Assembly (NCBI GenBank): GCA_947453545.1
Contig: CANGHE010000001.1
Coordinates: 1-41,411 of the forward strand
Length of the DNA stretch: 41,411 nt
Origin: Flavobacteriia bacterium
GTDB taxonomy: Bacteria > Bacteroidota > Bacteroidia > Flavobacteriales_D > Crocinitomicaceae
Direction of reading: 5' to 3'
Shown: positions 15,767-25,447 of the stretch, piece by piece
How the letters are laid out: the number at the start of each line of letters is the position of its first letter
Numbering within the stretch: position 1 is the stretch's first letter
Made by a program: the position numbers and the translations under genes
Notes under the pieces: model-generated
The model's input: the letters and a program-made list of their open reading frames with translations, nothing else
Told to the model about the DNA's origin: nothing
Database searches by the model: none

Positions 15767-18700
15767 ATGAAAAAAAAATCCCCCAAATTTTTTTCTGCAT
15801 TTCTTAATTGTAAATTCTTAAAAATCTTTGGATTTTACATTGTGTTTGTTTTAATGGGTACGCAAAATTCACAAGCCCAATATACCGCTATTCCAGACAC
15901 CCACTTTGAACAAGCATTAGTTGATTTAGGTATTGACACAGTTAATGGAGACCATCAGGTGTTAACGAGCGCCATCAGTGGGGTTACTACATTGAATTTG
16001 AGTGATTATTATGGAATGTATTATGGGCTTACTGACTTAACCGGTATCCAAGATTTTACCGCCCTAACTTACTTGGATTGTGGTGGTGGTTTATTAACCA
16101 GTTTGGATGTAAGTCACAATCTTAATTTATCTACCTTATATTGTTATGACAATTCCATTTCGAGTTTAGATGTAAGTGCCAATACGAATTTAACACAGTT
16201 GAACATTGATAGAACTCTGATAAGCACTCTAGATGTAAGTCACAATACCGCTTTAACTTATTTATCTTGTTCGGGTGCGTTATTAAACACTTTAGATGTA
16301 AGTGCAAATACTAATTTGACAATTTTAGATACTTCTTTAAATCCAATAAGCAGTTTAAATGTTACCGCTAATACTAATTTAACTTATTTGAGTTGTGGTG
16401 GTGATTTACTAACCAATTTAAATATCAATAGTTTGGTAAATTTAACCGATTTATATTGTGGTACTAATTCACTTTCTAGTATAGATGTAAGCCATAATAC
16501 CCATTTAATAAATTTTGATTGTCAAGCCAACCAACTAACCAATTTAGATGTTACTCATAACCCTGATTTAGCCTATTTTGTTTGTAGCAATAATCTGCTA
16601 ACCAATTTAGATGTCACTTCTAATAATTTAACCGATCTTTATTGTGACAACAATTTGCTTGCCGCTTTAAACGTTAATACTTTGACCAATTTAAGTACTT
16701 TTGATTTTGATTCCAATCAGTTAACAAGTATTGATTTTAGCCACAATTTGAATTTGAATTTTATATCCGGAAGTTACAATTTACTTACAAGTTTTGATAT
16801 AAGCATGCTTCCTTTATTGCAAACGATATTTGTTCACAATAATCAACTTGCAAGTTTGAATATTTGTGCTAATACTAATTTACATACTTTATTTTTACAA
16901 AATAATTTATTGACCAGTTTGGATTTACGAAATAGTTCTGCATTGTCTTATTTAATTGCTATTCAAAATAGTAATTTAACCACTATTTATGTAAATGATT
17001 TAATCACTGCAAATAATCACGCAGCAGCAGGTGAATGGAATAAAGACGCAACAGCCGCTTTTTCTATTGCCACAGCTGTTGGTGGGACAATTTCTAATAA
17101 CCAAACCATTTGTTCCGGTACGCAACCAACTAGTTTAACCCTAACAGGAACTATAGGAAATGTAGTAAAATGGCAAAAATCAACTACTAGTGATTTTAGC
17201 ACTGGAGTAACTGATATTGAGAATACCACCATGACACTAAGCGGAGCAACTATAGGAAATTTAACGGCTACTACTTATTTTAGAGCGGTTGTAGAAAGCG
17301 GAAAATGTGTTGCTTTTGCTAATTCTACTGTAACTACTATATCAATGGGAGGAAACTCAACTTGGGATGGAACTACATGGATTGGTGGCACTCCAGATAG
17401 TACTAAAAATGCTACTTTTAATGGGGATAAAACAATAACTTCTGATATGAATGTTTGTTCTTGTCATGTTAGTGGTACGGCTCAAGTTGTTGTGAATTCA
17501 GGGGTTAATGTTACAGTTGTTAATAATGTTACAGTTGATTCTAGTGCCAGTTTAACTATTCAAAATAATGCCAATTTAATTCAAGTAAATGAATCTACTA
17601 ATAATGGCAACATTACAGTTGTTAGAGATTCTGCTCCTATCATAAGATTAGATCATACGCTTTGGTCTACACCCGTTACCGGTTCTCAAACTTTACAACA
17701 ATTTTCACCAAACACCTTAACCAACCGATTCTATTATTATAATAATGCAACCGATGCCTATAGTGCTACCTCATCTTCAGGAGTATTTCCTATAGGTAAA
17801 GCAGTTGCTATTCGTGCGGCTAACAATTGGGTAAGCGCACCAGAAACTCCTTGGACAGGAACTTTTATCGGGGTACCTAACAACGGAATTATTAACTATT
17901 CTCTACAAAATGCAGGATTGGGTTATAATGGTGTTGGAAACCCTTATCCGTCTTGCATAAGTGGAAGTGCTTTTGTAACCGCTAATAGTAGTAAGATAAC
18001 GGGAACCTTATATTTTTATGCTCATACTTTATCTATGAATTCTTCAGGATTATATCCTGAAGGAACTAATTATTCAACTTGGAATCCAGGAATGGGAGGA
18101 ACGCCTGCTACTGTTGGAGGAGGAGGTACAGGTAGTAATCCAACTATTCCAAATGGTATAATTGAAATTGGTCAAGGATTTATTGTAAAGGCAACCCAGT
18201 CCGGTTCATTAGAATTCAATAATTCGATGCGAGTTGGCAATAATTTCAATCAGTTTTTTAAAGTAGGTAATAATACCACTGCTGTTTCTACAGAGTATCC
18301 AATTGAAAGACACCGAATTTGGTTGAGTTTAAGTAATAGTAACAATCCGTTAAATACTATTTTAGTTGGTTATGCCGATGGTGCTACAAATGGAGTTGAT
18401 ACTGGATATGATGGTGTTTGTTTAGTTGGAACTGGAAGTTATTTTTATTCTATTCTTTCTGACCAAGGTTATACTATTCAGGGTAGGTCATTGCCTTTTG
18501 TGGATACTGATATAGTTCCATTAGGTTTTAAAGCAATGGCAACTAATACCTATACTTTTTCACTTTTTAATACTGATGGATTGTTTTCAGGAAGTCAAGA
18601 TATTTTCATTTTAGACACATTAACTGGAATCACACACAACTTAAAAACTAGCAATTATACCTTCACTAGTGATGCTGGAGTTTTTGAGAATCGTTTTTAT

Positions 18701-18979
18701 CTCAAATATACTAACGACAATTTAAACAGTTTAAGTAATTCTTTAGTTTCTAATGAATTAAAAGCTTTTGAGAAAAATGGTGTTTTATATATAAAAAGTA
18801 CTTTAGAAGAATTACAAAACATTCAAATTTTTGATATTCAAGGAAGAAAATTATTTACAAAAGAGAATTTACAAAGCAATAGTTTTCAAACAAATGAAAT
18901 ACGAGTGGCAAATGAAGTACTATTTGTAGAAATTACAACAGTAGAGAATCATAAAAAAATAATTAAAGTAGAATTTTAA
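15767..18979 (+). CDS. secreted leucine-rich-repeat surface protein with T9SS type A C-terminal sorting domain
   Basis: Signal peptide (...MGTQNSQA/QY). About 15 LRR units of about 22 aa (LTxLDVSxNTNLTxLxCxxNxL). One 'KWQK' beta-domain. C-terminal ...IQIFDIQGRKLFTKENLQSNSFQTNEIRVANEVLFVEITTVENHKKIIKVEF is typical of Por_Secre_tail. Confidence 0.9.
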   Translation: MKKKSPKFFSAFLNCKFLKIFGFYIVFVLMGTQNSQAQYTAIPDTHFEQALVDLGIDTVNGDHQVLTSAISGVTTLNLSDYYGMYYGLTDLTGIQDFTALTYLDCGGGLLTSLDVSHNLNLSTLYCYDNSISSLDVSANTNLTQLNIDRTLISTLDVSHNTALTYLSCSGALLNTLDVSANTNLTILDTSLNPISSLNVTANTNLTYLSCGGDLLTNLNINSLVNLTDLYCGTNSLSSIDVSHNTHLINFDCQANQLTNLDVTHNPDLAYFVCSNNLLTNLDVTSNNLTDLYCDNNLLAALNVNTLTNLSTFDFDSNQLTSIDFSHNLNLNFISGSYNLLTSFDISMLPLLQTIFVHNNQLASLNICANTNLHTLFLQNNLLTSLDLRNSSALSYLIAIQNSNLTTIYVNDLITANNHAAAGEWNKDATAAFSIATAVGGTISNNQTICSGTQPTSLTLTGTIGNVVKWQKSTTSDFSTGVTDIENTTMTLSGATIGNLTATTYFRAVVESGKCVAFANSTVTTISMGGNSTWDGTTWIGGTPDSTKNATFNGDKTITSDMNVCSCHVSGTAQVVVNSGVNVTVVNNVTVDSSASLTIQNNANLIQVNESTNNGNITVVRDSAPIIRLDHTLWSTPVTGSQTLQQFSPNTLTNRFYYYNNATDAYSATSSSGVFPIGKAVAIRAANNWVSAPETPWTGTFIGVPNNGIINYSLQNAGLGYNGVGNPYPSCISGSAFVTANSSKITGTLYFYAHTLSMNSSGLYPEGTNYSTWNPGMGGTPATVGGGGTGSNPTIPNGIIEIGQGFIVKATQSGSLEFNNSMRVGNNFNQFFKVGNNTTAVSTEYPIERHRIWLSLSNSNNPLNTILVGYADGATNGVDTGYDGVCLVGTGSYFYSILSDQGYTIQGRSLPFVDTDIVPLGFKAMATNTYTFSLFNTDGLFSGSQDIFILDTLTGITHNLKTSNYTFTSDAGVFENRFYLKYTNDNLNSLSNSLVSNELKAFEKNGVLYIKSTLEELQNIQIFDIQGRKLFTKENLQSNSFQTNEIRVANEVLFVEITTVENHKKIIKVEF
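17040..18979 (+). repeat. about 1.9-kb direct repeat, copy 1 (3' part of LRR gene 1), paralogous to 23490..25424
   Basis: The proteins align residue for residue from ATAVGG...KWQKS... to the C-terminus. Includes a run of 101 identical nt (18575..18675 = 25020..25120, checked by hand). Confidence 0.85.
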
Positions 18980-19311
18980 TGGATGTTTCGCAAATAAATA
19001 ATATAATTAAAACTCTAAAGATGAATAAAATAATAATAACAATCGTTTTGTATTTACTTTCTGTTAACTGTATTGCTCAAGATAATATTAGTAGAGGTCT
19101 TCCTATTTCAACCGCAAATAATTTCCCTACAAATGGAGCGACAAATGAGGCAATGTTTATTGGAGATTTTGGGAATGATGTTACGGATACTAATCCATTG
19201 GATACACCACTTCCAATAGATCAGTATACTTTATTATTAGCCTTAAGTGGTGTGTTGTTAGTTTTTTTTGTAATCAATAAAAAAAAAATAATAATAGGCG
19301 TCAATAATTAA
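18979..19311 (+). CDS. small secreted protein with PID-motif / TM helix / KKK C-terminal tail
   Basis: Likely start is the Met at 19021 (MNKIIITIVLYLLSVNCIA/Q signal peptide). C-terminus NPLDTPLPIDQYTLLLALSGVLLVFFVINKKK. Paralog of 25448..25816. Starts at the stop codon of the LRR gene (TAATG). Confidence 0.6.
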   Translation: MDVSQINNIIKTLKMNKIIITIVLYLLSVNCIAQDNISRGLPISTANNFPTNGATNEAMFIGDFGNDVTDTNPLDTPLPIDQYTLLLALSGVLLVFFVINKKKIIIGVNN

Positions 19312-19325
19312 TTAACATTAATATT

Positions 19326-19382
19326 AACAAAAATCATAAAACCCTTAAAATTTTTAATTTTAAGGGTTTTATGATTTTTGTT
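19326..19382. terminator. 57-nt perfect palindrome (27-bp stem, 3-nt loop), probable bidirectional terminator
   Basis: Positions 19326..19352 pair without mismatch to 19356..19382 (checked base by base). Flanked by A and T runs. Lies 15 nt after the stop of the small gene. Confidence 0.65.
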
Positions 19383-19759
19383 GTGGCATAATTTTAGTCC
19401 AAGTAGATGCGATTTGTTTTTTTTTTCGAATCATTAATAATTTTTTATAATACAATAAAGTGAGTTTCTTTTTCCTGGATTTTAATATTAACTAAAAAAA
19501 ATAGAATAACATTTTTAGATATTCAATTTTTATTAAATAGAGATTGAACAAATTTACGAACCAAAATCTTAAAATTATATTTTAAAAATTGAAACTATTG
19601 CATTTAATTAATTGGTTTTGAAATCGATTGATGATGAAAATAATAATACAATTTACAAATATATTAATGTACTCCAAAATCTGAAAAAATACAAAAATAG
19701 TTTGCTTATTATTTTTGATTCTTATACCAATTATCTTCTTTTTTTTAACGGACTTAGCA

Positions 19760-19816
19760 ATAAATAGCAATTTTAGCCATTACACAGAAATTTTATTATG
19801 TCAATATTTGTAAATG
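19760..19816 (+). promoter_or_regulatory. conserved 57-bp upstream block (candidate promoter/leader) of LRR gene 2
   Basis: 54/57 identity with 15583..15639. Confidence 0.4.
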
Positions 19817-19940
19817 ATTATTTTACAAATAAGATAACATTATTTATTAATAATAGTTTACTAATTAAGTAGTACAAATTATTTTTCAAGACTTTATAAA
19901 TGGACTGTATTATTTACAATTATTGAGTTGCTTAACTATA

Positions 19941-19956
19941 TACATATTAATATTTA
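19941..19956. promoter_or_regulatory. near-copy (15/16) of the TACATATTAATATGTA palindrome upstream of LRR gene 2
   Basis: tacatattaatattta, 60 bp upstream of the ATG at 20016. Differs from the perfect palindrome at one position (G to T). Confidence 0.3.
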
Positions 19957-20015
19957 TTGTGAAATTAATATTTAATTAATCAAAAGTGTAAATACAATAA
20001 AATAATTAAAAAATT

Positions 20016-23000
20016 ATGAAAAATTTTTATACCAAAAAAATTTCTGTATATCTCAATTGTAAATTCTTAAAAATCTTCGGAATTTACATTGTGTTTATTT
20101 TATTCGGCTCGCAAAATTTACAAGCCCAATACACCGCTATTCCAGATACCCACTTTGAACAAGCTTTATTTAATCAAGGTATAGACACCGTGAACGGCGA
20201 CCATCAGGTACTAACGAGTGCCATTAGTGGGATTACTTCATTAGGTGTTTCAAACAATAGCATTTCAGATTTAACTGGAATACAAAATTTTGTGGCATTG
20301 ATTTCATTGGATTGTGGGTACAATCAAATCACAAATTTAAATGTTAGCATGTTGACAAACTTAACTGAATTAAGATGTCCGAATAATCTAATTGAAAATT
20401 TAAATGTCAACTCATTAATAAACCTGAAGATTCTTTCCTGTAACCATAACTCATTAACAAGTTTAGATGTAAGCTCATTAACAAACCTGGAGGCGCTTGA
20501 TTGTAACTATAACTCATTAACTAGTATAGATGTAAGCTCATTAACAAACTTGATTGATCTATCTATTTCTTATAATCAAATAACAACAAGTTTGGATGTT
20601 CATTCATTAACCCATTTAATGTCTCTTGTCTGTGGCAATAACCTAATAACGAGTATAGATGTTTCCTCCTTAACCAATTTGCGATTTTGTTTTTGTGGTG
20701 ATAATCATCTGACTTCTTTAAACCTTTGTAATACTCCTAGTTTAGCACAGCTATATTGTATAAACAATTTATTGACCGTTTTAGACACACGAACCACTGG
20801 TTTGCAGGATGTTAATAATTATTATTATGATTTTGCTTTTTTCGCCACAGTTGGAAATAATATTGCTATTATTTATGTAAATGATGTAGCCGCGGCGTCT
20901 AGCAATCCCTCATGGAATATAGATGCAACAACTACGTATTCAACGGGTTATGGCATAGGAGGAACTGTTTCTAGTAATCAATCCATTTGTTCTAATGCAA
21001 TACCCAATGATTTAGTTTTAACAGGAAATGTTGGCGCTATATTAAAATGGCAAAAGGCATTGAATAGTAATTTTACAAACCCAATAGATATTGCCGTAAC
21101 TTCTACAACGCTACCTGGAGCTTCTGTAGGATCCATTACTACTACCACTTATATTCGTGCCGTTGTTCAAAATTCACCTTGTTCCGTTGTCTATTCAACT
21201 TACGTTACCATAAATGCCTATAATGCAACCGTAGCTGGAACTGCTTCTGCAAATCAAACAATAGATATGTATACAGCTCCTAATGATTTAACCTTAACTG
21301 GAAATACGGCAACCATTCTAAAATGGCAAAAATCAACCGATCCTTACTTTTCAACATTTACCGATATAAATATGACAGCTTCTACGCTTTCGGGAGCAAC
21401 TGTTGGTGCCTTGTTGGCAACTACTTATTTTAGAGTCGTGCTTCAGCAATCCGGAGGTTGTTCAGAATATTATTCCAATACGATTACGATTGAAGTTGTA
21501 GGCCCATTTACAACAATTCCAGATGCTAATTTTGAGCAAACTTTATTTGATTTAGGCATTGACACGATAAATGGTGACCATCGGGTATTGACCAGTGCTG
21601 TTAGCGGTATTACCACATTGGATGTTTCCTACAAAAACATTTCAGATTTATCCGGTATCCAAGATTTTATTGCATTAACAGAACTTTATTGTTCTGGCAA
21701 TCAGATATCCAGCATAGATGTTCATTCATTAACCAATTTAGTATATTTTGATTGTAGCAATAATCAACTTACAAGCTTAGACGTTCACACATTAACAAAT
21801 TTGAATGACTTAAATTGTGGCAGTAATCTACTTACAAGCTTAGACGTTCACACATTAACAAATTTATCCGATATAGATTGCAGTAATAATCAAATCACAA
21901 ATTTGGATCTTCACGCCTTAACAGCATTAGTATATATTTATTGCAATAATAATCTTATTTCAAATTTAAATACAAACGCATTACCTAATTTATTCTATTT
22001 GGTATGCAGCAATAATCAACTCACCAGTTTAGATCTTCAGTCATCAACAGCTTTAAACCATATTGACTGCAATAATAATCTTATTTCAAATTTAAATATA
22101 AACGCATTACCTCATTTAACCAATTTGAATTGCAGCAATAATCAATTAACAAGCTTGAATTTATGTGCCAATACTCAATTAAATAATGTAAATCTATCAT
22201 ATACTAATTTGCTTACTCTTGATATAAGAGGGCTACCATCTCATTTTTTACAAATAAACGTTTCTAATAATAATTACTTTACTACTATTTACATTAATAG
22301 CAATATTAGTTTTGCAGCTGGTAGTGGTAATTTTATACTTAAAGACCCGACAGCCACTTTTTCTACTGCCACAGCAATTGGGGGTAGCCTTTCTTCAAGC
22401 CAAACCATTCCCTTTGGAACACCGCCTGCAGATTTAACCTTAACAGGAAATACAGGAAACGTTGTAAAATGGCAAAAAGCCAGTGATGCTGCCTTTACAA
22501 GCCCTGTAGATATAGCTTCTACCTCGACTACTTTAACAGCGGCAGTAATAGGTAATCTTACATCTACAACTTATTTTAGAGCGGTAGTACAAAGTGGCGC
22601 TTGCTCAACCGCTTATTCTAGCGGGGTTGGCATTACTACTGTAGCCTATACTGCTATTCCAGACACAAACTTTGAGCAAGCTTTATTTGATTTGGGTATT
22701 GACACCGTCAATGGAGACCATCGGGTAATAACTTCAGCAATTGATGCACTAACTACATTAGATGTAAGCAATAAAAACATAACTGACCTGACTGGAATAC
22801 AAGATTTTATTTCATTAACTATATTAAATTGTCAAAATAATCAGATTACTACTTTAAATGTAAACTCCTTGACATCTTTAGTTGATTTATATTGTTCAAC
22901 TAATTTATTGACAACTTTACAGGTAGACAACTTGATAAATTTACTCATTTTGCATTGTGATAATAATCAAATTTCTGCTTTAAATGTAAGTGCCTTAGTA

Positions 23001-25424
23001 AATTTACAAGAACTCGATTGTGGCTATAACGCATTAACTAATCTTAATATAAGCACTTTATTATCATTAAGTACTTTGAATATTCAACACAATCAAATTA
23101 GTACGATAAACTTTGATTCATTAAATTTTATTTATAATTTAACTTGTAATGACAATTTGATTACTACATTAAATGTTAGCACATTAACAAACTTAAATTT
23201 TTTAGAATGTACTAATAATCAACTCGGAAATTTAGATGTATCGGCGTTAACTTTATTACGATTTTTAAGATGTTCTCATAATTTATTAACCCATTTAAAT
23301 GTTTGCAATAATACATTATTAACTAGCTTAATAACAAATTATAATGATTTAAAGTCTATAGATGTAAGGAATTTATCTACAATAGGTATTAGTGTTAATT
23401 GGAACTTTACGAACAACATTAATTTAACTACCATCTATGTTAATAGTAGTGTAAATTATGCCAATACTGCTCATTTTCATCTATTTAAAGATTCCTTTAC
23501 GGCATTATCAACTGCCACAGCAGTTGGGGGTAGCCTTTCTGCAGATCAAACCATTTGTTCTGGAACACGCCCTGCTGATATAACCTTAACAGGAAATGTG
23601 GGAACGGTTGCAAAATGGCAAAAATCATCCACCAGTGATTTTAGTTCTGATGTTACTGATATTGCTAATACATCTACAACTTTAACTGGAGCAACAATTG
23701 GAACCCTAAGCACCACCACTTACTTTAGAGCAGTAGTAGAAAGTGGCAGTTGTGCTGCCGTTGCAAATTCAACTACTGCTACTGTATCTATGGGAGGAAA
23801 CTCAATTTGGAATGGTAATCTCTGGGCTGGAGGGTTACCAAATAGTACTAAGAATGTAATTATTACAGGAAATAAAACAATTACTTCTGATCTAACAGCC
23901 TGCTCATGCCATGTAAATGGAACAGCCCAGGTGGTGGTAAATTCTGGCGTAAATTTAACAGTTGTTAATAATGTTATAGTTGAAGCGGGTGCCAGTTTAA
24001 CTATTCAAAATAATGCCAATTTAATTCAAGTAAATGAATCTACAAATATTGGCAACATCACTGTTATTAGAAATTCTGCTCCTATTATTCGTTTAGACCA
24101 TACACTTTGGTCTACTCCAGTTACTGGTGCCGAAACTTTACAACAATTTTCACCAAACACCTTAACCAACCGATTCTATTATTATAATAATGCAACCGAT
24201 GTCTATAGTGCTACCTCACCTTCAGGAGTATTTCCTATAGGCAAAGCGGTTGCTATTCGTGCGGCTAACAATTGGGTAAGCGCACCAGAAACTCCTTGGA
24301 CAGGAACTTTTATCGGGGTACCTAACAACGGAATTATTAACTATTCTCTACAAAATGCAGGATTGGGTTATAATGGTGTTGGAAACCCTTATCCATCTTG
24401 TATAAATGGTAGTGCTTTTGTAACTGCAAATAGCAATAAGATAACAGGAACCTTATATTTTTATGCTCATACCCTATCCATGAATTCTTCTGGATTATTT
24501 CCTGCAGGAACCAATTATTCTACCTGGAATCCAGGAATGGGAGGAACACCGGCTACAGTTGGAGGTGGTGGAACGGGTAGTAATCCTGCTATTCCGAATG
24601 GAACAATTGAAATTGGACAAGGGTTTATTGTAAAAGCAACACAATCAGGGGCATTAGAATTCAATAATTCAATGCGAATTGGCAATAATTCCAATCAGTT
24701 TTTCAAAAGCGGAAATAATTCTACTGCCGTTTCTACAGAGTATCCAATTGAAAGACACCGAATTTGGTTGAGTTTAAGTAATAGTACCAATCCGTTAAAT
24801 ACTATTTTAGTTGGTTATGCCGATGGTGCTACTAACGGAGTTGATACTGGTTATGATGGTGTATGTTTAGTTGGAACTGGAAGTTATTTTTATTCCATTC
24901 TTTCAAATCAAGAATATACCATTCAAGGTAGATTATTACCTTTTATGGATACAGATATAGTTCCACTAGGTTTCAAAGCAACGGAAACTAATAATTATAC
25001 TATTTCACTTTTTAACACCGATGGATTGTTTTCAGGAAGTCAAGATATTTTCATTTTAGACACATTAACTGGAATCACACACAACTTAAAAACTAGCAAT
25101 TATACCTTCACTAGTGATGCAGGAGTTTTTGAGAATCGTTTTTATCTCAAATATACTAACGACAATTTAAGTAGTTTAAGTAATTCTTTAGTTTCAAATG
25201 AATTAAAAGTTTATGAAAAAAATGGAGTTTTATTTGTGAAAAGTACTTTAGAAGAATTACAAAGTATTCAAGTTTATGATATTCAAGGTAGAAAATTATT
25301 TTCTAAAGAGAATATACAAAACAACAGTTTCCAAACAAACGAACTAAGTGTGGCTAATGAAGTATTATTTGTAGAAGTTACAACAGGGGATAATCATAAA
25401 AAAACTATTAAAGTAGAATTTTAA
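20016..25424 (+). CDS. giant secreted leucine-rich-repeat surface protein (three LRR modules) with T9SS type A C-terminal sorting domain
   Basis: Signal peptide ...GSQNLQA/QY. Three repeats of the module [Y/F]T[A/T]IPD[T/A][H/N]FEQ-LRR array-KWQK domain(s). The C-terminal about 640 aa are nearly identical to the 1070-aa paralog, including the type A tail ...IQVYDIQGRKLFSKEN...VLFVEVTTGDNHKKTIKVEF. Confidence 0.9.
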   Translation: MKNFYTKKISVYLNCKFLKIFGIYIVFILFGSQNLQAQYTAIPDTHFEQALFNQGIDTVNGDHQVLTSAISGITSLGVSNNSISDLTGIQNFVALISLDCGYNQITNLNVSMLTNLTELRCPNNLIENLNVNSLINLKILSCNHNSLTSLDVSSLTNLEALDCNYNSLTSIDVSSLTNLIDLSISYNQITTSLDVHSLTHLMSLVCGNNLITSIDVSSLTNLRFCFCGDNHLTSLNLCNTPSLAQLYCINNLLTVLDTRTTGLQDVNNYYYDFAFFATVGNNIAIIYVNDVAAASSNPSWNIDATTTYSTGYGIGGTVSSNQSICSNAIPNDLVLTGNVGAILKWQKALNSNFTNPIDIAVTSTTLPGASVGSITTTTYIRAVVQNSPCSVVYSTYVTINAYNATVAGTASANQTIDMYTAPNDLTLTGNTATILKWQKSTDPYFSTFTDINMTASTLSGATVGALLATTYFRVVLQQSGGCSEYYSNTITIEVVGPFTTIPDANFEQTLFDLGIDTINGDHRVLTSAVSGITTLDVSYKNISDLSGIQDFIALTELYCSGNQISSIDVHSLTNLVYFDCSNNQLTSLDVHTLTNLNDLNCGSNLLTSLDVHTLTNLSDIDCSNNQITNLDLHALTALVYIYCNNNLISNLNTNALPNLFYLVCSNNQLTSLDLQSSTALNHIDCNNNLISNLNINALPHLTNLNCSNNQLTSLNLCANTQLNNVNLSYTNLLTLDIRGLPSHFLQINVSNNNYFTTIYINSNISFAAGSGNFILKDPTATFSTATAIGGSLSSSQTIPFGTPPADLTLTGNTGNVVKWQKASDAAFTSPVDIASTSTTLTAAVIGNLTSTTYFRAVVQSGACSTAYSSGVGITTVAYTAIPDTNFEQALFDLGIDTVNGDHRVITSAIDALTTLDVSNKNITDLTGIQDFISLTILNCQNNQITTLNVNSLTSLVDLYCSTNLLTTLQVDNLINLLILHCDNNQISALNVSALVNLQELDCGYNALTNLNISTLLSLSTLNIQHNQISTINFDSLNFIYNLTCNDNLITTLNVSTLTNLNFLECTNNQLGNLDVSALTLLRFLRCSHNLLTHLNVCNNTLLTSLITNYNDLKSIDVRNLSTIGISVNWNFTNNINLTTIYVNSSVNYANTAHFHLFKDSFTALSTATAVGGSLSADQTICSGTRPADITLTGNVGTVAKWQKSSTSDFSSDVTDIANTSTTLTGATIGTLSTTTYFRAVVESGSCAAVANSTTATVSMGGNSIWNGNLWAGGLPNSTKNVIITGNKTITSDLTACSCHVNGTAQVVVNSGVNLTVVNNVIVEAGASLTIQNNANLIQVNESTNIGNITVIRNSAPIIRLDHTLWSTPVTGAETLQQFSPNTLTNRFYYYNNATDVYSATSPSGVFPIGKAVAIRAANNWVSAPETPWTGTFIGVPNNGIINYSLQNAGLGYNGVGNPYPSCINGSAFVTANSNKITGTLYFYAHTLSMNSSGLFPAGTNYSTWNPGMGGTPATVGGGGTGSNPAIPNGTIEIGQGFIVKATQSGALEFNNSMRIGNNSNQFFKSGNNSTAVSTEYPIERHRIWLSLSNSTNPLNTILVGYADGATNGVDTGYDGVCLVGTGSYFYSILSNQEYTIQGRLLPFMDTDIVPLGFKATETNNYTISLFNTDGLFSGSQDIFILDTLTGITHNLKTSNYTFTSDAGVFENRFYLKYTNDNLSSLSNSLVSNELKVYEKNGVLFVKSTLEELQSIQVYDIQGRKLFSKENIQNNSFQTNELSVANEVLFVEVTTGDNHKKTIKVEF
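23490..25424 (+). repeat. about 1.9-kb direct repeat, copy 2 (3' part of LRR gene 2)
   Basis: See 17040..18979. Confidence 0.85.
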
Positions 25425-25447
25425 AATGTGCTTCACTATTTATTAAA

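Noticed and set aside
15770-15794. A9, C5 and T7 homopolymer runs in the first 10 codons of LRR gene 1, considered as a slipped-strand phase-variation switch.
   Set aside because: A/T runs of this length are frequent in this AT-rich sequence and simply encode the KKK...FF of a signal peptide n-region. The paralog has shorter runs. There is no evidence of variation from a single sequence.
16100-16900. Regular 66-69-bp periodic repeats (ttagatgtaagt...aatac.aatttaac...) here and at 20300..23300. A repeat finder might call them a CRISPR array or a tandem satellite.
   Set aside because: They lie inside long open reading frames and translate to canonical leucine-rich repeats (LTxLDVSxNTNLTxL). 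The repeats are imperfect, there is no spacer/repeat alternation, and no cas genes are nearby.
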